Assembly (NCBI GenBank): GCA_963794305.1
Contig: CAWCDQ010000017.1
Coordinates: 80,522-144,521, forward strand
Origin: an uncultured Acidobacteriota bacterium
GTDB taxonomy: Bacteria; Acidobacteriota; Vicinamibacteria; Vicinamibacterales; CAVVIG01
Reading direction: 5' to 3'
DNA length: 64,000 nucleotides
Shown here: in pieces, positions 8,585 through 18,650 of the stretch
How the letters are laid out: each line of letters begins with the position of its first letter
Position numbering within the stretch: the stretch's first letter is position 1
Notes under the pieces: model-generated
Seen by the model: only the letters and a program-made list of their open reading frames with translations
Told to the model about the DNA's origin: nothing
Databases searched by the model: none
Program-made: the position numbers and the translations under genes

Positions 8585-11228
8585 CGAGTCCCCGAGTGCC
8601 GATAGATAGAGAGCATTGAAGAGTAACGGAAACGTCGCGTGCGTTTGCGCGCGATGCTGGGGCCGCAGTCCGAACAGGACGACCTTGCCCGGGTTCATGT
8701 CGATCGACACGACGGCCGCGCGGCCCGCCATGAGTTCTTCTCCCTTCAACCAGCCGGAGGCAATCACGTTCGTGTTCGGATAGCGCGCCACGACGCTCGA
8801 CCGCTGCGAATTGAAGCCTTCGGTCAGCTGGAAGAACGGGCTGTTGATGTAGAAGCCGAACGTCTCGGCGGCGACGCCGTAGCCGATCGGGTGCTGCGTG
8901 TCGACTTCGAGGTTGAGGATGGCGCCAGGCGCGAAATGCTGATCGCGCGTCAGCCCCTTCTTCAGGTTTCGCACCGGGATCGGCAGCTTCTCGATCGCGA
9001 GGTCGCAGGCATTCCCCATCGTGACGAGAGTGCCGCCGTCTGCGACGAACTGCTTGAGCTGCTCGACGCCGGCTGCGCCGATGCCTCCGCGGTACTCGGG
9101 CCGGATCTGGCTCGCATCGTACCCGTCGACGATCGCCCGCGGATCCTGGTCGGCGATGATGATCGTGTCGAACTTCTGCCGCAGCTTGCCGGCACGGATG
9201 TCGGCGTTGTGAATCGACGTCAGGTTGAACTGGTACTGCTCGAGCACCCAGCGCGTCCATCCTTCGTCCATGTTCCCGCCGGTCCAGGGTTGGTACATGG
9301 CGACGCGCGGCGCGTGAAAGACAACGTTCGACGTTCGTGGTTCGACGTTCGACGTTCTCGGTTCGGCGTTCGCGGTTCTCGAGTCAGCCGAAGCTTTGAC
9401 GTTCAGGCCGAAGTCCTTTGCGATCGACTCGATCTTCGAGCGCGGCGATGCCGGTCACGGCGACATGCGAGGGGCCGTCGAAGCTGACGTGGGCCCCGTC
9501 TTTCAGCAGGCGGTTGATCGCGATCGCGGAGTCGGGGCCCTTGTAGTCGAACCCGAATCGCGCGCCGGCGCCGGTCACGCTGCCGGCCATCTTCGGCAGG
9601 CCTTCCACCCTCGTCATCTTGATCGCCGGGAGCGCGTTCTTCACGAACGACCGTGTCCACGCCGAGCAGCATGCCGAGCGACCAGGCGGTGACGTCGTAC
9701 GGCGGCTCGGGCGCAGAAGTTCGGCGAGCGGCGCACTTCCGGATAGGTCTGCTTCTCCAGCATGTCCTTCGCGTAGCGCGCGAAGACCTGTGTCATCGGG
9801 ATCACGAACGTGCCGGCGCCGTAGCTTCTGCCGTCGGCCTCGAATGCCGCATCGGCTCGATAGATTTCGACGCCGCCCATGTTCAGCTTCTCGACCAGGT
9901 GCGCCGCTTCGCGCGCGTCCTGCTGATGCTCGACGGGCACGAGGATCGCCGACGGATTGCTCTTCTTGCCGTCCTCGATCGTCTGGCGGTTCACCTCGTA
10001 GATCTGCCGCACGATCGTCTCTCGCCGATCCGCCGCCGTTTCCAGCAGCGCCATCGTCGCGATCAGCTCGTAGTCGACGATGTCGCGGAGGGTCCAGTGG
10101 CCGCCCATCCAGGGCCGTGGATACTCGGTGCGGGAGGTGATGTCGGTGGGCGCGGGAATCGGGCCGTTGTCGAAACGCATCTCGCCGCGGCCGCCGCCTG
10201 GCGCTGCGGCCGGGGCGGGCCGGCCAGGCACCGCGCGAACCTGATCGATCGGCGCGGCCACGCGGGCGCTCGCGACCTCCGTGAGCAGGCCGATCTGGTT
10301 GTGCCACCAGCCGCTCCACGCCATCGCGCCTTCCCAGAAGTTGGTGTAGGTGGAGTTGTAGATGATGCCTTCCTTGCCCGCCGCCTCGAGCGCCGCGGCC
10401 TGCGACTGGCCGAGGATGCCGTTCCACCGGTAGATGAGCGGGTGCACGTTGGCGTTGATTGGATCGGTGGCCGGCATCACGAAGATGCGGGCCGCGTTGC
10501 TCCCCATCTGGTGCTCGTCGAGCCACACCGAGGGAAACCAGTCGTGCCACAGCGAGGTTCGCCGTGTGCTGGCTCTCCTTCTGCGTGAACATGTACATGT
10601 CGCGGTTGTTGTCGTGCCCGACGTACGGGTGATACAGGTACGGGATCGGACTGTTGGCGTAGTCCGTGCCGAGGTTCTTGTTGAACCAGTCCGTGACCAT
10701 GATCTCGCCGTCGGGGTTCAGGCTCGGCACGAGCACGAAGATCACGTTGTCCAGGATCTTCTTCACGTCCGGCGCGTCGCTCGTCGCCAGGCGGTGCACG
10801 AGCTCCACCGACATCTGCGTCGCGCCGATCTCGGTCGCGTGGATGCTGCAGGTGATCAGCAGCACGAGCTTGCCCTGGCGGAAGATCTCGTCGCGCTCGC
10901 TCTCCGACGGCGCGCCGCCCTGGAAGTACAGCTTCTTTTCGAGCTGCTTGTAGCGATCGAGGTTCTTGAGCGTCTCGGGCGAGCTGATTTCGAGCGCGAT
11001 GAACGGGTTGTTGTCGCTCGTCTTGCCGAGCTCACGGAAGCGCACGCGGTCGGAGTTGGCCGCCGCAAGCTTCATGTAGTCGACGATCTTGTCCCACCGG
11101 ATCAGCTTGTTGTCCGCGCCGACCTTGAACCCGAGAAACTGCTCGGGCGTTTGCAGCGTGCCGGCCGCCGTGGCCACGAGCGTCGAAGCGAGGACGAGAA
11201 CACCAATCAGAGGTCGTCGGCTGACCAT
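8564..11228 (-). CDS. secreted M14 (zinc carboxypeptidase) family protein with C-terminal MDEGWTRW domain; four frameshifts (~10557, ~9714, ~9646, ~9441)
   Basis: ATG 11228 preceded by GGAGG; signal peptide MVSRRPLIGVLVLASTLVATAAG. Carries SIHATEIG and NPDGE M14 motifs. Fragments from ORFs 9384-11660, 9641-10528, 9403-9672 and 8564-9298 join colinearly (...SQHTA/LWHDWFPSVWLDEHQ..., ...EVRRSPN/APEPPYDVTAWSLGMLLGVDTV/VKNALPAIKM..., ...VAVTGIA/SKIESIAKDFGLNVKA...PRVAMYQPWTGGNMDEGWTRW). Confidence 0.7.
9323..9381. repeat. CGAACGT-type heptamer array (21-nt period in coding terms) inside the M14 linker
   Basis: Minus strand reads cgagaaccgcgaacgccgaaccgagaacgtcgaacgtcgaaccacgaacgtcgaacgtt. In the gene frame it encodes ADSRTANA-EPRTSNV-EPRTSNV. 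Confidence 0.7.
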
Positions 11229-11273
11229 GAAGCCTCCAGGAAGAGCCACTATAATATTCGGCGATATTGACCT
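11229..11273. promoter_or_regulatory. divergent promoter / translation-start region between the M14 peptidase and the aminotransferase
   Basis: AT-richer 45-bp gap. Perfect TATAAT at 11250-11255 (+), 18 nt before ATG 11274 (near-leaderless). GGAGG sits 4 nt before the minus-strand ATG 11228. Confidence 0.3.
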
Positions 11274-12457
11274 ATGACCAGAATGTTGACGACTAGAACG
11301 CGGATGGACGCCGTGCAGGCGCCGATCGTGCCGGTGATCGGCGGCATCATCCGGCAGGTGCCGGGCACCATTTCGCTCGGCCAGGGCGTCGTGCACTACG
11401 GCCCGCCGCATGCGGCCCTCGACGCCGTCCGCGACGCGTTGACGGACGCCTCGACCCACGAATATCAGGACGGAGCCGGGCTGCCGGCGCTCGTCGAACG
11501 GCTCGCGGAGAAGCTGCGCGCGGAGAACGGCATCGACGTGGGGCGAGGCACGCAGCTCATGGTCACCGCCGGCGCGAACATGGCGTTCGTGCACGCCGTG
11601 CTGGCGATCACGGCGCCGGGGGACGAGATCATCCTGAACGTCCCGTTCTACTTCAACCACGAGATGGCCATCCAGATGGCCGATTGCACGGCGGTTCGCG
11701 TCGCCGACCGACGATCGCTACCAGCCGCGCCTCGACGCGCTGCGCGCCGCCATCACCGATCGCACGCGCGCCATCGTCACCGTGACGCCGAACAATCCGA
11801 GCGGCGCCGTCTTCAGCGAGGACGCGCTGCGGGCGATCAACGCGCTCTGCCGCGATCGCGGGATTTATCACATCGCCGACGAGGTGTACGAGTACTTCAC
11901 GTACGGCGCCGCCAGGCACGTGTCGTCGGGATCGTTTCCCGGCGCCGAGGGACACACGATCGCGATGTACTCGCTGTCGAAGGCCTACGGGTTCGCCGGC
12001 TGGCGCATCGGCTACATGACGTATCCGGAGCACCTCGCGGACGGCGATGGCGAAGAGCCAGGACACCATCGTGGTCTGCGCGCCGGTGGCGTCGCAGGTG
12101 GCGGCCATCGCCGCGCTGGACGTCGGACGCGGGTACTGCGAGCCCCACGTCCGCGAGCTGGCCTTGATTCGCGACATCGTCGTCTCGAAGCTGGCGGCGC
12201 TGGCGCCGCGGGTCACCGTGCCGGCGGCCGATGGCGCGTTCTACGTGCTGATGAAAGTGGAGACCGCGCTCGACCCGATGACGATCGCCGAGCGGCTGAT
12301 CCGCGAGCTACAAGGTCGCGGTGATTCCCGGGCCCGCATTCGGCATGACCGACGGCTGCTATTTCCGCGTCGCCTACGGTGCGCTGCAGAAGGAAACCGT
12401 CGCCGAAGGGATCGGCCGCCTCGTCACGGACTCGGGACGATCCTGGAATCTGCCTAA
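11274..12457 (+). CDS. class I/II PLP-dependent aminotransferase; four frameshifts (~11704, ~12042, ~12308, ~12427)
   Basis: Fragments 11274-, 11782-, 12047- and 12321- join: ...MADCTAVRV/PTDDRYQPRLDALRAAITDRTRAIVTVTPNNPSGAVF...YSLSKAYGFAGWRIGYMTYPEHLA/AMAKSQDTIVV...ERLIRE/YKVAVIPGPAFG...GIGRLV/GLGTILESA. NPSG and SLSKAYG (PLP lysine) motifs present. TAA stop at 12455-12457 lies just before the palindrome. Confidence 0.75.
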
Positions 12458-12461
12458 ATCA

Positions 12462-12541
12462 ACAGGAGATCAGGAGGCCAAGAGCATCGTGGGTTTGGTC
12501 TTCTTCAAGACCCTACCCTCGCTGATCTCCTGATCTCCTGT
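12462..12541. repeat. palindromic element between convergent stops (aminotransferase / topoisomerase B)
   Basis: Perfect 15-bp arms acaggagatcaggag (12462-12476) and ctcctgatctcctgt (12527-12541). Nested hairpin ggtctt-cttc-aagacc at 12497-12512. Confidence 0.8.
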
Positions 12542-12555
12542 AAAGGATCACGCGT

Positions 12556-14476
12556 CTAGACGTCGAGCTCCTCGGCTTCGTCCGCTCGTTCCATGATGAA
12601 GCGGAAGCGCGCCGAGGCGTCCTTGCCCATCAGCTCGTTGATGACCCGGTCGGTGACGAGCTGATCGGTCACTTCGACGCGCAGCAGCCTGCGCGTCCGC
12701 GGGTTCAGCGTCGTCTCCCAGAGCACTTTCGGCATCATCTCGCCGAGGCCCTTGAAGCGCGTGATCTCCGGCGTCCCCCGGCCGTTCTTGCCCTGGCCAT
12801 GCTGCTTCAGGATGGTGTCCTTGTGCGCATCGTCGAGCGCCCAGAACGTCTCCTTGCCGATGTCGATGCGGTAGAGCGGCGGCTGCGCGAGGAACACCTT
12901 GCCGTTGGCGATCAGCTTCGGCAGGTGACGGTAGATGAACGTCAGCAGCAGCGTGGCGATGTGATTGCCGTCTGAGTCGGCGTCGGCGAGGATGATGATC
13001 TTGCCGTAGCGCAGCTTGGCGATCTCGAAGTTGTTGCCGAGGCCGCAGCCGATCGCGGTCACCAGATCCGACAGCTCCTTGTTCTCGAGCACCTTGGCCA
13101 GCGACGCGCTCTCGGTATTGAGCACCTTGCCGCGCAGCGGGAGGATCGCCTGCCGCGCGCGATCGCGTCCCTGCTTCGCCGATCCGCCTGCCGAATCGCC
13201 TTCGACGATGAAGAGCTCGCTGTTCTCGCTGCTGGAGTTGGTGCAGTCGCTCAACTTGCCAGGCAGGTTGAGGCGCGTCGACGTCGCGCTCTTGCGCGAC
13301 ACCTCGGCCTGTGCGGCGCGGCTCGCTTCGCGCGCGCGGGCGGCGAGCACGATTCGCCCGACGATGGCTTCGGCGACGCTGCTGTTGTGATTCAGCCAGT
13401 GCTCGAGCGCCGGGACGTATCACGCCGTCCACGGCGGAGACGAGCTCGGGGTTGTTCAACCGATCCTTCGTCTGTCCCTGGAACTGCGGTTCCTGAATGA
13501 ACACGCTCAGGACGCCGGTCAGCCCCTCCCGGATGTCTTCGGCGGTCAGCGTCACGCCCTTCGGCGACAGGTTGTGCGTCTCGATGTAGTTGCGCACGGC
13601 CTTGCCGATTCCGGCGCGCAGGCCGCTCTCGTGCGTGCCGCCGGATCCCGTCGGGATGCCGTTCACGTAGGAGCGGACGTGCTCGTCGGTCGCTTCCGTC
13701 CACTGCAGCACGAGGTCCAGCCGCAGCCCCTCGTCCTTCGTGAGCGTGAAGGGCGCTTCGTGCACCGGCTTCGCGCCGCGCTCCGCAACGATGCGCTTCA
13801 GGTAGTCGACGATGCCTTCGCTGTGCTCGTAGACGATTTTCTCTTTCGCGCCTTCGTCCTCGAACGTGACCTTCAGCCCTTTGTGGAGATAGCTGGCGAC
13901 CTCGAGCCGTTCCTTGATGATGGCGGGATCGAATTCGATTTTCGGGAAGATCGCGGCATCGGGATGAAAGTAGACCTTCGTGCCGCTTCCGCGCGCGGGT
14001 CCGATCTTCTTCAGCGGGGTGACGGGCTTGCCCTGCTTGAAGCGCATCTCCCACTGGGCCCCGTCGCGCTTGACCGTGGCGACTAGATCTTTTGACAGCG
14101 CGTTGACGACGCTGGCGCCGACGCCGTGGAGGCCGCCCGCCGTCTTGTAACTCCCGTGCTCGAATTTTCCGCCCGCGTGGAGAACGGTAAAGATGACCTC
14201 CAACGCGCTCTTCTTCGATGTCGGGTGTTTGTCGATCGGAATGCCGCGGCCATCGTCTTCGATGGTGATAGCTGATCCATCGGCGTGAAGGGTGACCCAA
14301 ATATTTGAAGCGAAACCGTTCATCGCTTCGTCGACGGAGTTGTCGAGCGTCTCCCAGACGAGGTGATGCAGACCGGCCGAGCCAACGCCTCCGATGTACA
14401 TCCCGGGGCGCTTCCGAACGGGCTCGAGACCCTCTAAAACTGTGATGTCTTTGGCGGTGTAGTTCGCAGATGCCAT
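12556..14476 (-). CDS. type IIA DNA topoisomerase subunit B (GyrB/ParE family, ParE-like signatures); one frameshift near 13408
   Basis: N-terminus [25 protein letters not shown], then [31 protein letters not shown] and [10 protein letters not shown] (Toprim). ORFs 12548-14476 and 12556-13350 join at ...[17 protein letters not shown].... Confidence 0.85.
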
Positions 14477-14658
14477 GTATATAATGTGCGCCTTCTGAAG
14501 CCCTTACTGCGGCGTCTTGTGCATCACGATTGTAGCGGTATTTCAGAGTTATCCAGCCGCCGCAGCCGCCGTTTCCGAGGACGTGCCCGTCCCCGGTGGC
14601 ACCGTCACGCTTGCGCACGTCTCTCGGTATCGAGCCCGTACCCGATCGCGGCCGCTTC

Positions 14659-17396
14659 ATGTACGAGCTCACTCGCCTTCTCTACAACACACCTGACGGG
14701 CGAAAGCCGTCGGCCGACACCTACCTGAACGCCGCGCGCCAGGCGGCCGGGCGTGGACGTCAGAATCTCGACACGCGGCCGGGCGATGTCGTGCCGGTGC
14801 CGCTGACCGCGGAAATCTGGAGCAGCGCGATCTTCCATCGCACCGTCGCGCCGCGCGAGCTGGTGAACGCCATCATCATCGATCGGTCGGCGTCGCTCCT
14901 GTGCCTCGGCCTCGCGTCGCTGGACGATGGCACGCTGGGTTTTTTCGCGGACCGCCCGCAGCTGCTCGAGCGGATCTACGAGCGATCGGCGCCGGTCTTC
15001 GCGGTGCTCGCGGCGAGCCTGCGGGTGCAAGGCAACCGTGTGGTGCCGCCGGGTGCGGTTCGACAGGGGCAGGCCGAGCGTGGCGACGTCGAGGCGCTGT
15101 GGGAAGGCGTCGTCGTCGAGAAGGTGACGCGGGCCGATCGGTTCATTCAACAGCTGCTCGAGCTCAATGAAGGACGGCTGGCGTACGTGTACGACGTCAT
15201 CGGCGGACTCGATCCGCCGCGACGCGCCTTCGCGCTTGGCTTGTGGATGCCGAATGCGACGATGCGGGCAGAACGCTTCAAGGCGCTGACGATCGGCGCC
15301 GGCCGCCTACCGTGAGTCGCACTTTCGCACGCTGCCTCTGGCGCGCACGTCCTACGACCTGTCGATGACGCTGGCGCGCGTCGCGGCCAATCCGGACGGC
15401 ACGCCGGCGGCACCCGCCTCGCGCGGCTTCTGGATGCGCGTGTTCTCCGGCACCGACCTGCCCGAGGATCCGGCCCGTCTGCTTCGCGGCATCGACGAGG
15501 ATCCCATCGACGCGGCATGGCTGGTCGAGAGCATCGGAACGCTGGACGTCAGGATGCGCGCCGAGCGGCTGGATCAGATTGGCTTCTGCCAGCGGCTGTT
15601 CAACGCGGCCGACGCCGCGGCGCGGCCGGACGTGTTCATCGCGTGTCGCGCCATGAGCCGGTACCGCATGCTGATGTGGACGCTCGAACGCATCGGCATC
15701 CGGGCGCCTTCGGTGTACGCGCAAGCCGCGAGGCAGGCGGCGCGGATCGGGGCATTTGAAGGCCGGCGCGGGTTCGAGGCGCAAGCGCAGTTTCAGGGTG
15801 CGCTGGCGATTCTCGCGCGCGCGAGGATGGTCACCACGCTGACCGTCGAGAAAACACAGGCGCTGATCGAGCAGCTCGCGGCGCTGCCGCTGACGGAGGA
15901 CGGCCGCTATGCCGGCGCAGTCGCCCGCTGGCTGCGCAGCGACCTCGGTGGCGCGATCAAGAGCGCCGAAACATCGGAGCTCGCTGGTACTCGCCGCGAT
16001 GTCGGGCCCGCCGTCGGGCGACGGTCCGGTTCCGCGGCCGGTGACGTGGGAAGGGCAGGCCTATCGCCTCGATCTCGGCGCGGCCGAGCGGCAGCGCCTT
16101 CACATCGTTCGCGAGAAACAGGAAGGCGCGCCGCTCGATGTGCCGCTCGATCTCGCCGCGGCCGCGAGGATGCTGGCCACCGACAAGATCGCGATCGGCG
16201 ACGTCGAGCCGATCGTCACGAAGCTGACGGCGGCCATCGACGAGCTTCCACGCCGCGTTGGCCGCGACAACGACGAGACGACGCCGCCCGGCGTGCCGGC
16301 CGCGTCCAATCCACGCGAAGTACTGCGCAAGCTGACCGAGGAGCTCACCAGGGATCTCCGCAACAAGGACATCAAGCGCGTCGTCCGGGCGTCCGAGCCG
16401 CTGCTCGAACTGTCGGACAGGGTGCTTGCCGACGTTCTGCTGTCGATCGCGTATGCCGCCGACGTCGGCGACCCCGACGGAACCGTGCTGCTCGCCGAGG
16501 ACGTGTCGCGGCGGCACGATTTCGGATTCAACACGCGCGAGTCGGAGACGCGGCTGCGCGCGGCGTGGGCCATGCCGCGCGTCGAGATCACGCCCGGTCT
16601 CCCGTGGCACGTCAGCGGCTCGCTGCTGGGCCTCGATGTCGGGCTGTCGCAGCTCGCGTTGCGCCGCCTCAACTTCGAGCGCGTTCTCGAAGCGCCGAAG
16701 CTGACGTCGAACGAACGCGACAGCTTCGCGATCTCGGTCTCGCTCTTGAACCCGTTCGCCCTTCGCGACGCCGATCGCGACGCCATCGCCGAGGCGGTCT
16801 CCGCAGGACAGCGGCGGCTGGGGTCGTTGCGCAACGGCGGACAGGCGGCGGCGCGCGCGGCGGCCGAGGCGGCGTTCGACGAGATCGCCGATGAGCTGTC
16901 GATCGAGGGGTGGCGGCGGCGGGCCGTGCGCTGGATGCTCGCGCACGAGGCGGACCGGGTTCCGTCGATGTTTTCGCTGACCGAAGTGATGGTACTGGGC
17001 AGCGGCCGTATCGGCGCGCTCAACGCATGGGGCATGTCGATGGTCAACGTCGAGGGCTGCGTATGTTCGCGCTTGACGCCGCCCGGCCGCTGGCCGACAT
17101 TGTTGGGGCGTCCGTCGCTCGGGTTGACCGCAGCGGCAGTGGCGGACGTTCACCTGCACGTGGCCATCATGCTGAGAGAGATGCGTCTGCCGGCGGCCAT
17201 CGCGAAAGTCGTGCTGTCGGGCGCCGTCCAGGACTTCATCGACGATGCCAGGCCGACCGACGACGCCGACTGGCTGTCGCTCGTTCGCGCCGCCCGGGCG
17301 GCGAACCGCGATCGCGTCGAAGACTACATTGCCGCCGCCACGGCCGCGGGCCCGTTCGTGCCCGACGCGGGCCGGAGAGTCCCGGAGCAGCCATGA
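14659..17396 (+). CDS. large (~912 aa) hypothetical protein, no recognisable domain; two frameshifts (~15302, ~15981)
   Basis: Three ORF fragments (14596-15315, 15365-16894, 15909-17396) read on colinearly (...KALTIGA/AAYRESHFRTLPLARTSYDLSMTLARV...; ...AIKSAETSE/LVLAAMSGPPSGDGPV...). Composition is non-repetitive, unlike off-frame GC ORFs. The stop overlaps the next ATG (ATGA). The start (ATG 14659 or GTG 14596) is uncertain. Confidence 0.55.
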
Positions 17397-18550
17397 TCTT
17401 CAGGCGCGCGGTGCTGTCGCTCGCGATCGCGGCGTGCGCCGGCGCCACGCTGTCGCTCTGGGCGCAGGGCACGTCCGATCTGCCGGTGCTGAAGATCCTC
17501 TCGCCGGACGACGAGGCGTTCGTGACGGGACCGACGCTGCTGCGCGCCACCATCACGCCGTCCGATGGGGTGACCGGCGTCACCTTCTTCGTCGACGGCC
17601 GGCAGGTGTGCGCGCTCACGGCGCCGCCCTTCGAATGCGATTGGGACGCGGGCGCCACGATTACCGCGCACCAGATCCGCGCGGTGGCGACGGTCCAGGG
17701 CGGCTCCCGCATCGTGCAGACGGTGCGCACCAAGTCGGTCGGCTACGTCGAGCGCGTGGACGTGGACGTCGTGCAGGTGACCGTCACGGTCTCGGATGGC
17801 CGCGGGAAGTTCGTGCGCAGCATCCCGCAGTCGGCGTTCCACGTATTCGAGGACGGCCATCCCCAGGCCGTGACGCACTTCACGTCGGAGGACGTCCCGC
17901 TGGAACTGGTCGCCGCCATCGATATTTCGGGAAGCATGGCGCCGGCCATGCCGAAGCTGAAGACCGCGGTGAAGCAATTCCTCGGCGACGTCCCGCCGCA
18001 GGATCAGGTGACGCTGCTCGGCTTCAACGACAACATCTTTACGCTGACGCGCAAGGCCACCGATCCCGCCGAGCGCGCCAAGGCGGTGGACCGTCTCGCA
18101 CCGTGGGGCTCGACCGCGCTCTACGACGTCCTGCTGCGCGGCGTCGAGATGCTGGGGCGACAGGCCGGCCGGAAGGCGCTGGTCGTGTTCACCGATGGTG
18201 AGGATCAGGGGAGCCACGCCACCATCAACGACGTCGAGCGCCGCCTGCAGTCGAGCGACGTCACGCTGTACATGATCGGCCAGGGCCGCGGTGTCACGAT
18301 GGAACCGCTCAAGAGAATCATGGAGCGCCTCTCGGTGCCGACCGGGGGCCGCGCGCTCTTCACCGACAGCATCGACGAGCTGCACGCGGCGTTCGCCGAT
18401 CTTCTCGACGAGCTCTCGAACCAGTATCTGCTCGGCTACCAGTCGACCAACTCCCGCCGCGACGATGCGTGGCGGAAGATCAAGGTCGACGTCGACGGTC
18501 ACCACGACGTGCGGGCGCGGCAGGGCTACCGCGCGCTGGCGGGCAAATGA
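17393..18550 (+). CDS. secreted VWFA-domain protein of the acidobacterial TIGR03436 type
   Basis: Intact. Signal peptide MIFRRAVLSLAIAACAGATLSLWAQG; MIDAS-like DISGSM. The overall pattern (VDVVQVTVTVSDGRGKFV, ALVVFTDGEDQGS, NQYLLGYQ) matches the VWFA-related acidobacterial domain as I remember it. Confidence 0.7.
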   Translation: MIFRRAVLSLAIAACAGATLSLWAQGTSDLPVLKILSPDDEAFVTGPTLLRATITPSDGVTGVTFFVDGRQVCALTAPPFECDWDAGATITAHQIRAVATVQGGSRIVQTVRTKSVGYVERVDVDVVQVTVTVSDGRGKFVRSIPQSAFHVFEDGHPQAVTHFTSEDVPLELVAAIDISGSMAPAMPKLKTAVKQFLGDVPPQDQVTLLGFNDNIFTLTRKATDPAERAKAVDRLAPWGSTALYDVLLRGVEMLGRQAGRKALVVFTDGEDQGSHATINDVERRLQSSDVTLYMIGQGRGVTMEPLKRIMERLSVPTGGRALFTDSIDELHAAFADLLDELSNQYLLGYQSTNSRRDDAWRKIKVDVDGHHDVRARQGYRALAGK

Positions 18551-18555
18551 CTGTC

Positions 18556-18650
18556 AGAAACCGCAGAGATCGCAGAAACCGCAGAGAGAAAGTCGCAGAG
18601 AAAGATTCTTGTTGGTTTTCCTCTGCGCTCTTTGCGTGCTCCGCGGTTCC
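18556..18650. repeat. CGCAGAG/CTCTGCG-type long imperfect palindrome (family B)
   Basis: Left arm agaaaccgcagagatcgcagaaaccgcagagagaaagtcgcagagaaag; right arm ggttttcctctgcgctctttgcgtgctccgcggttcc. About three quarters of positions pair. Starts 6 nt after the upstream stop. Confidence 0.8.

Noticed and set aside
12556-14476. Calling the frameshifted genes (e.g. the topoisomerase B subunit, glutamine synthetase, RND pump) genuine pseudogenes.
   Set aside because: The fragments are otherwise perfectly conserved-looking with no in-frame stops, an essential-type gene is affected, and the shifts are mostly single extra bases. A sequence-quality artefact is more likely, but this cannot be proven from one sequence.
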